Assembly: GCA_964291315.2 (NCBI GenBank)
Contig: OZ219753.1
Span: forward strand, 2,720,001 to 2,784,000
From: Candidatus Poribacteria bacterium
GTDB lineage: Bacteria; Poribacteria; WGA-4E; WGA-3G
Direction: 5' to 3'
Length of the DNA: 64,000 nucleotides
The notes under the pieces are model-generated. The model did not search any database. It was not told where the DNA came from and saw only the letters and a list, made by a program, of their open reading frames with translations. Made by a program: the position numbers and the translations under genes. The first letter of the stretch is position 1. Each line of letters starts with the position of its first letter. Positions 58,106 through 64,000 of this stretch are shown here, piece by piece.

Positions 58106-59167
58106 TCAACCTCTTTTTGTGACAGGTAAGTTATTTGAAAATGTTTTGAGTTTTTCTAACTTTGCGAGTGCCGCGCCTGAGTCGATGGATTCCGATGCAA
58201 GTTGGATACCGCCATCAAGACTACGGGCCTTGCCACTTGCAAGAATCGCTGCGCCAGCGTTTAGCACGACAATATTGCGTTTGGGGCCTTTTTCACCGTT
58301 TAGCATATCAACGATGATTTCAGCGTTTTCCTCGGGTGTGCCGCCCAATAGGTCCTGGTGTTCGGCTTTCGGAATTCCGAGCGTTGTGGGATCAAGCGTA
58401 TAGGTTTCGATGTTGCCGTTTCGGAGTTCCGAGACGCGTGTGGTGGTTGTCGTGGTGATGTCGTCTAAGCCGTCGTCGCCGCGCACAATAAAAGCGTGCT
58501 GGCACCCGAGGTTTTTCAGGGCATTTGCATGTGCCTCTGTTAGTTCTGGAGCATAGACTCCAATCACTTGTGCCTGTGGCCTCGCTGGATTGGTCAATGG
58601 TGCTATGGCATTGAAAATCGTACGGATTCCGATCTCTCGTCTTGGTCGGATGGCATGCTTCATGGCGCCGTGCAGGATTGGTGCAAAGAGAAAGCCGATG
58701 CCAACTTCGTTGATACAGTGTCCGACGTGTTCGGGATCGATTTCAATGTTCACGCCGAGTGCTGTTAGCACGTTTGCACTCCCGCTCTGTCGTGTCACGC
58801 CGCGGTTGCCGTGTTTTGCAACTGGTATGCCTGCTCCGGCAGTAACGATAGCAGAGGCGGTCGAAATGTTGAAGTGGTTTAAACCGGTGCCGCCGGTGCT
58901 ACATGTATCAACAAGTCGTGGGATTTGGGGCGTATCTTGTAAATCGGGCTTATGCCGTGTAGGGACAGGTGTAGCTTTGGCGCGCATTGCACGCGTTGCG
59001 CCTGTAAGTTCCTCTATTGTCTCCCCTTTGAGGCGTAGTGCGGTAAGAAAACAGGCGATCTGTGCATCTGTCGCCTTCCCTTCCATGATCTCGTTCATTG
59101 TTCCAACCATCTCTGCTTCGGTTAAGGCATTTCCTGCCATAACCTTCTGAATTGCTTCACGAATCAT
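58106..59167 (-). CDS. trpD: Anthranilate phosphoribosyltransferase
   Basis: DTCSTGG, FNIST, KHGNR, RREIGIRTIFN, DGLDD. Confidence 0.95.
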   Translation of the reverse strand: MIREAIQKVMAGNALTEAEMVGTMNEIMEGKATDAQIACFLTALRLKGETIEELTGATRAMRAKATPVPTRHKPDLQDTPQIPRLVDTCSTGGTGLNHFNISTASAIVTAGAGIPVAKHGNRGVTRQSGSANVLTALGVNIEIDPEHVGHCINEVGIGFLFAPILHGAMKHAIRPRREIGIRTIFNAIAPLTNPARPQAQVIGVYAPELTEAHANALKNLGCQHAFIVRGDDGLDDITTTTTTRVSELRNGNIETYTLDPTTLGIPKAEHQDLLGGTPEENAEIIVDMLNGEKGPKRNIVVLNAGAAILASGKARSLDGGIQLASESIDSGAALAKLEKLKTFSNNLPVTKRG

Positions 59168-59377
59168 GCAATGTCCCTCCTGAGAATATTGTATTTACAA
59201 TCATAGCAGATATCCGTAGGTTTTTCAAGTGCAACCGCTGAGTGCAACCTGCAGAAAATTTACTTTTGGCTCTATGCCTTAGCAGAAGGCGTGACACATC
59301 GCGTGACTCTCGTCAAAAAGGCAGGGATTGGGTATTCTCCGTGAAAAGGGCATCCATAGAGCAAAAGAATCTGTGTG

Positions 59378-61354
59378 CTAAAATAGAAATCGATACATCG
59401 GTTGATTCGTCGTAATTCCTATAATGCTCCATATACTGCCAATAATGAATTCACCTAAGATTAGGCCTAAGAAGAAGGGTATAAGTTTTCGGTGGGTGCT
59501 CACGCCGCCGTGGCGAAGGAGAATCCACTTAATAACGGAGCTCACCAAGATCGAGAACCAGAACACATTCATAGACCAGCTGCTGGAGATAGCGAACCCA
59601 GCTGGGTGAAAGGGCCACCAAAACAGTCGCATGCGCATGATCATTAAGAAACCGGTTATGAGGAAGCCGATACACATTGCAACGATTGCTGGAATATTTG
59701 GGTCTCTGGGTGAAGTCAACCAGCTCTGGAGGCGATTGAAAGGTCTGCCTGCGAACCAGTCTTGTGCGCCTTCAATGTAAGAGATATGGTAGAATGCCCA
59801 AAACGAAGTGAACGTTCCGACAACAATTGCAATGCACATTGCAATCAGGAGCCGGCGGTTGGAAATCTGTGTGCGTTCTGCCAATTTAAACCCCTCTAGG
59901 ATATGTGGCATCGGGTGTCCTCGATAGGCGCGGTTGAAGAAGAAGAGGTACGCCATTATTGTCAAGTTGCGTGGCCCGAGGGATCGCGTGCCAAAAATCT
60001 GGGGCATCATCTCATCGGGTCCAATGAAGTGCAGGTCGTGGACGGGTGAACCGAGTTCTGCTCGCATGCGAGTCACTGCTGTGGAGATAGCGTAATAGAT
60101 ACCGAAGAACACGAGTATTACCCAGACAGACATACCGGCTGTTTTGCAGAACCCGATGATGAAAACAGTGCTTGCGATGAGTGCGACTATTGTTGCCCGG
60201 TAGGACATCGGTTCGTCTGAGTCGTGGATACTCTGGTCATTTTTGAATAGCTTTTGTCCGACTTGTGTGAGGTGTTTTCGCGTGGCTATAATTGCGATCA
60301 TAAATAGGCCGAGGTAGGCGCCGAAGGATTGCTCATCGGTAAAAGGGAAGTTGGGTACGCCGTGCACCCCCAAAGCATCTCCAAAGATGCGTTCTGCTTT
60401 CCAGAAAAGATAGAAGAACCAGCAGGAGAAGGATAAATCGAGCGGGATAAAGAAGGCCATCCCGACAGCGAACGGAAAGACTGCGATTGGTGTCCAGCCG
60501 ATTGCGCTCCACGGTTTCTGTGTGAAGAATGGGCGTATATCGTAGAGTCTGCCTCCCAGGCTGGGTACGTTTGGATAGAGATGGTGTAGCCCATTGAGGA
60601 TATCAATTGCTCCTGCAATGCCGAAACCAAGCCACATCATTTTATTTGTGAGCAGATTTGTTCGGTTTCCGGTGTTTGTCAATTCAAGTGGCAATTGGAT
60701 GATAGGGTAGCTGAGTTTCTCATGTTCTGTCCACTGTTTGCGGACGAGGGTATTGATGCAAACCATCAAAAACACCATGATGCATAAGAAAGAGCCCCAG
60801 ACGAGCGTTGTGGTTAGCCATCCTTCGAGGGTTTCCCATTGGTAGAGAGTTGTTTCGCCCCGATAATAATCGGTCAGAAATCCCCGATCTTTCACAGCTA
60901 TCCAATCTGGTATGTACTGATGGAATAGGTGTGCCCAGTCGTTTTCTGGGGTTGCGTACCAGAAGGCGTAGGGGATCATTGGGATTAGGACGCGGAGTAT
61001 ATCGTGTCCTGCCAGTGAGGAGGCGATTGCCAACATGACGTAGACCGTCAGCAATTCGCCTTGTTGGAGCGCTATCTTGGGCGCGGTTCGGGTGAAGAAA
61101 AGATTGACACCGGTGATCGCAAATATGCAGAAAATGACGTTAAAGTAGAGGGAGATCGTGGTTGGGTAACCTTGCCCGGCCGAGTCCACAATCCAGTACA
61201 TGTTGGGGATGATGAGGACGGTTCCGAGCAAGATTGCTCGCCATGAGGTGCCAAGTCTTGCGCTATTGAAGCGTGAAGCTTGGTTTTGCCGGACGTTTCG
61301 GCTGTTTTGTTTGGATAGTTCTCTATGAGGTTGTGAAGTCAATTGGCTACTCAA
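59378..61354 (-). CDS. Polytopic membrane protein, putative peptide-transporter-like (DUF6785/DUF6784-like)
   Basis: QWTEHEKLSYPIIQLP, WWPFHPAGF, PFFLGLILGE; many TM helices. Confidence 0.7.
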   Translation of the reverse strand: MSSQLTSQPHRELSKQNSRNVRQNQASRFNSARLGTSWRAILLGTVLIIPNMYWIVDSAGQGYPTTISLYFNVIFCIFAITGVNLFFTRTAPKIALQQGELLTVYVMLAIASSLAGHDILRVLIPMIPYAFWYATPENDWAHLFHQYIPDWIAVKDRGFLTDYYRGETTLYQWETLEGWLTTTLVWGSFLCIMVFLMVCINTLVRKQWTEHEKLSYPIIQLPLELTNTGNRTNLLTNKMMWLGFGIAGAIDILNGLHHLYPNVPSLGGRLYDIRPFFTQKPWSAIGWTPIAVFPFAVGMAFFIPLDLSFSCWFFYLFWKAERIFGDALGVHGVPNFPFTDEQSFGAYLGLFMIAIIATRKHLTQVGQKLFKNDQSIHDSDEPMSYRATIVALIASTVFIIGFCKTAGMSVWVILVFFGIYYAISTAVTRMRAELGSPVHDLHFIGPDEMMPQIFGTRSLGPRNLTIMAYLFFFNRAYRGHPMPHILEGFKLAERTQISNRRLLIAMCIAIVVGTFTSFWAFYHISYIEGAQDWFAGRPFNRLQSWLTSPRDPNIPAIVAMCIGFLITGFLMIMRMRLFWWPFHPAGFAISSSWSMNVFWFSILVSSVIKWILLRHGGVSTHRKLIPFFLGLILGEFIIGSIWSIIGITTNQPMYRFLF

Positions 61355-61492
61355 ATATTATTTTGATTTTTCTTTGTATATCCCGTATAATGTATAGGAT
61401 ACTTAGGATATTGATTCCAGGGTTGAGACTTGTTTCGGCACAGCTTGTCGGCCGAAAATTGGTATGCAAAAGTCAGTATGACTTAAAAGAGG

Positions 61493-62338
61493 ATGAACTG
61501 TATGGATACTACAACTGACGCTGCCCAGGCAGCGGTCTTTACAACAGAACATAAGGAATTTATTGAAAATAACGGTTATCTGCTGATTAAAAATGCGCTG
61601 CCTCGCGATGTCGTCACAGAAATTGATGCTGCCGTTGACGAGGTGTATGCCAAAGAGGAATCCGCCGGTCGCCTTGAGGCGGGCGGGAAGTTGAATCTTC
61701 GTAACTGCATTGTACATCATGAGGCATTTCTGCAACTGCTCGATTGGCAGAAGACAGTGCCGTTTGCCTATGGGGTGCTGAATTGGAATGTTCAGATGAT
61801 CACGTCGCATCTGATTGTTTTGCCCTCTAAAGAAAAACCGCCTGATGACGTAAAGAACCGTATTGGTTTGCATCGTGATGGTGGCACGTCGTATCGTGAG
61901 ATGCAGGAGCCTCATCCGCGGATCATGCTCAAGATCGCCTATGCGATCAGCGACCAATCTGATCCTGCTTCCGGTGCAACCGTTGTTGTGCCTGGGAGCA
62001 ACCGGTTAACGGGCAGGCCGCCTATTGATCCAGAGACAGGATGGGCGCGCGGTGCAATCTCTATGAACATCGATGCTGGCGATGCCTTCCTTTTTGAGCA
62101 GCGTACCTGGCATGGCATCGGACACAATTGGTCTGGTATGCCGCGTAAGACCATCTTTATGGGATATGCCTACCGTTGGGTGAAACCGATGGATTATATC
62201 GCGATGCCCAATGAGCTAGTGGCTAAGTGCAATCCGATCCAGAGGCAGCTTGTCGGGGTTGTCAGCGACCCGCTTAGCTACTATCTGCCGCAAGAGCAAG
62301 ACGTACCGCTAAAGGCGTTGCTCGATTCGGAGGCTTAG
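61493..62338 (+). CDS. Phytanoyl-CoA dioxygenase (PhyH) family protein
   Basis: NGYLLIKNAL, LHRD, VVPGS, GDAFLFEQRTWHG...R. Confidence 0.88.
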   Translation: MNCMDTTTDAAQAAVFTTEHKEFIENNGYLLIKNALPRDVVTEIDAAVDEVYAKEESAGRLEAGGKLNLRNCIVHHEAFLQLLDWQKTVPFAYGVLNWNVQMITSHLIVLPSKEKPPDDVKNRIGLHRDGGTSYREMQEPHPRIMLKIAYAISDQSDPASGATVVVPGSNRLTGRPPIDPETGWARGAISMNIDAGDAFLFEQRTWHGIGHNWSGMPRKTIFMGYAYRWVKPMDYIAMPNELVAKCNPIQRQLVGVVSDPLSYYLPQEQDVPLKALLDSEA

Positions 62339-62364
62339 TTAATGGGTTTTATATTGCTTAGTTC

Positions 62365-63264
62365 CTATTCGATCTCGCTTTTGAGCGAGAGGCTGTAGTC
62401 CAGTAATGCGTTTGCGTAGGGCATATTGTGGAGTCCATAACCGCTGTCGCCTTTGACCATGTCGTAGTTCAACTTTGCGTCGAGATAGGCCTGTGAGGTT
62501 TTGTTGGGTGCGGCATCAAGTAGCGCTTTGACGGCTTGCATCTTTGTCTCTATCTCAGCACGGTACTGCGGCAGTTTCACATCCATGTTGTTATCTGCGC
62601 TATCGTGACAGCCGGCAGTACTACATACGGATAACTTTGCAACGAAGGTATGACCGCCGTGTTGTGCGACTGTTTCTGGGTCTTCTTTTACCATATGGCA
62701 GGTGACGCATCGTTTCTTCATGATACGGACATGCGGTGACGGCATTCGTTTCACACCAATCCCTTCGCGTCCGAGGAACATTTCCGACTGAGATTGGTGA
62801 ACAATACCTGCTCCGGCGCATCCACAGTCCATCTTGTGGCAAGTGACACATAGATGCTTTGCGGGTTTCACCAATAAGTGTTCTGATCTGCTGGTATGCG
62901 AATGGCAGGAGGAGCAGGCAACTGCGTTCACTGCTGTCTCAATGTTATAGGTGTGTCCTGGATAGACTCGGTTACTGAACGTTTCGTAACCAGAAGAATG
63001 GCAGCTCAAGCAGGAGGTTCTGAGCTCATAAGGTCCCTCGATCAAGTTGACAAGTGCGTGGAAATGTCCGGCTTGCTGCCACTCTTGATAAGCAGGTTCA
63101 TGCCCATGACACTTAACGCATCCTTCGGCAAAGGGTGTTTTTGTATCAGGTGTCGTCTCGTCTGCTGCATGAACGGTAGTTATCTGATTGTAGCCACAAA
63201 GTGCGAAAATGGCGATTATTCCCATGAGTAGGGATGCCCCGAAAAATAATAAGGCTTGTTTCAT
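62365..63264 (-). CDS. Exported multiheme c-type cytochrome
   Basis: Five CxxCH motifs plus one Cx4CH (CSTAGCH); N-terminal signal/TM. Confidence 0.88.
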   Translation of the reverse strand: MKQALLFFGASLLMGIIAIFALCGYNQITTVHAADETTPDTKTPFAEGCVKCHGHEPAYQEWQQAGHFHALVNLIEGPYELRTSCLSCHSSGYETFSNRVYPGHTYNIETAVNAVACSSCHSHTSRSEHLLVKPAKHLCVTCHKMDCGCAGAGIVHQSQSEMFLGREGIGVKRMPSPHVRIMKKRCVTCHMVKEDPETVAQHGGHTFVAKLSVCSTAGCHDSADNNMDVKLPQYRAEIETKMQAVKALLDAAPNKTSQAYLDAKLNYDMVKGDSGYGLHNMPYANALLDYSLSLKSEIE

Positions 63265-63458
63265 GAATTTTAATTGTCCCCGTACTTTTGGTGCGCCTCC
63301 TCAGCCGGAAAGTAATATGCGGCTGAAAAGCGTTATTATATGAAAGCCTGTTTCTCCCCGCTGGGGCGATAGTGCTTATTGTACAATCCATGGTAATTTA
63401 GCATACATGATTTGCGGAAATATGTCAATTGTTTTTAGTGTATATAGGAGGTACTGTT

Positions 63459-64000
63459 ATGTCTGAAAACAGAAACGGGGTTAACCTTTTCAATGGTAAA
63501 GACATGGAGGGTTGGCTTGCCCGAGGAGATGTGTCAGCGCATGAATGGGACACGGCTGGCGGCATTGCTCTTAACCCAGCGGATTCCAAGCTTTTCACGA
63601 TAACGGCCGGTGAAGGTATTTTTTACAACGGTGCCGCTGGACGAACGCGCGATATCTACACCGAGGCAAGTTACGGAGATTGTGAATTGCGCGTGGAATT
63701 CATGGTACCAGAGGGTTCTAATTCAGGGGTCTACCTCATGAGCAGGTATGAGATTCAGATATTGGACAGTTGGGGTGAAACGGGGCTTCACTATGGCAGT
63801 TGTGGTGGTGTATATTGTCGCTGGATTGACAATCAGCCCGTGGATGGTGTTGCCCCGAGCGTTAATGCTAGCAAACCGGCTGGTGAGTGGCAAACGTATG
63901 CGATCACTTTCCGTGCGCCAAGGTTCGATGCTGATGGCAATAAGATTGCCAATGCTACCTTTGTTAAAGTGATATGGAACGGACAGGTGGTCCATGAGAA
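63459..64000 (+). CDS. DUF1080 (3-keto-disaccharide hydrolase family) protein, 3'-truncated by window edge
   Basis: Not in ORF track (no stop in window); AGGAGG RBS; LFNGKDMEGW, SNSGVYL..RYEIQILDS, GEWQTY.I. Confidence 0.88.
   Translation, partial: MSENRNGVNLFNGKDMEGWLARGDVSAHEWDTAGGIALNPADSKLFTITAGEGIFYNGAAGRTRDIYTEASYGDCELRVEFMVPEGSNSGVYLMSRYEIQILDSWGETGLHYGSCGGVYCRWIDNQPVDGVAPSVNASKPAGEWQTYAITFRAPRFDADGNKIANATFVKVIWNGQVVHE

Overview
Bacterial chromosomal segment with no rRNA, tRNA, CRISPR array, integrase or transposase visible. The gene content (many PhyH dioxygenases, Gfo/Idh/MocA and PfkB enzymes, FGE-sulfatase and TPR proteins) suggests Candidatus Poribacteria; this is an inference. 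Most of the window is housekeeping or metabolic: def, larE, glcF, dcd, glnA-glnB, a Gld-like ABC system, rbsK, birA, trpDC. Three accessory loci stand out. (1) 3.3-13.4 kb: an operon of a GrpE-like protein, an atypical lid-less Hsp70 and two membrane-anchored proteins. These two share a near-identical N-terminal module (helical domain + HPD-less J-like domain + TM helix) but carry different C-terminal domains: a degenerate cyclophilin, or five tandem non-catalytic FGE-sulfatase/C-type-lectin-fold domains. (2) All seven FGE domains in the window, including a remote one at 51 kb, end in a segment that varies at codon positions 1-2 while position 3 is mostly fixed. This is the signature of diversity-generating retroelement (DGR) variable regions, but no RT or template repeat is in the window. 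The remote gene also has a poly-C tract positioned like a phase-variation switch and shares a 3' hairpin element with the five-domain gene. (3) 38.0-48.4 kb: an AT-richer four-gene operon ending in an 1818-aa DExH/DUF1998 helicase (Druantia DruE-like), including an apparently inactivated McrB-like AAA protein. All family calls come from motif recognition by eye; no searches were run.
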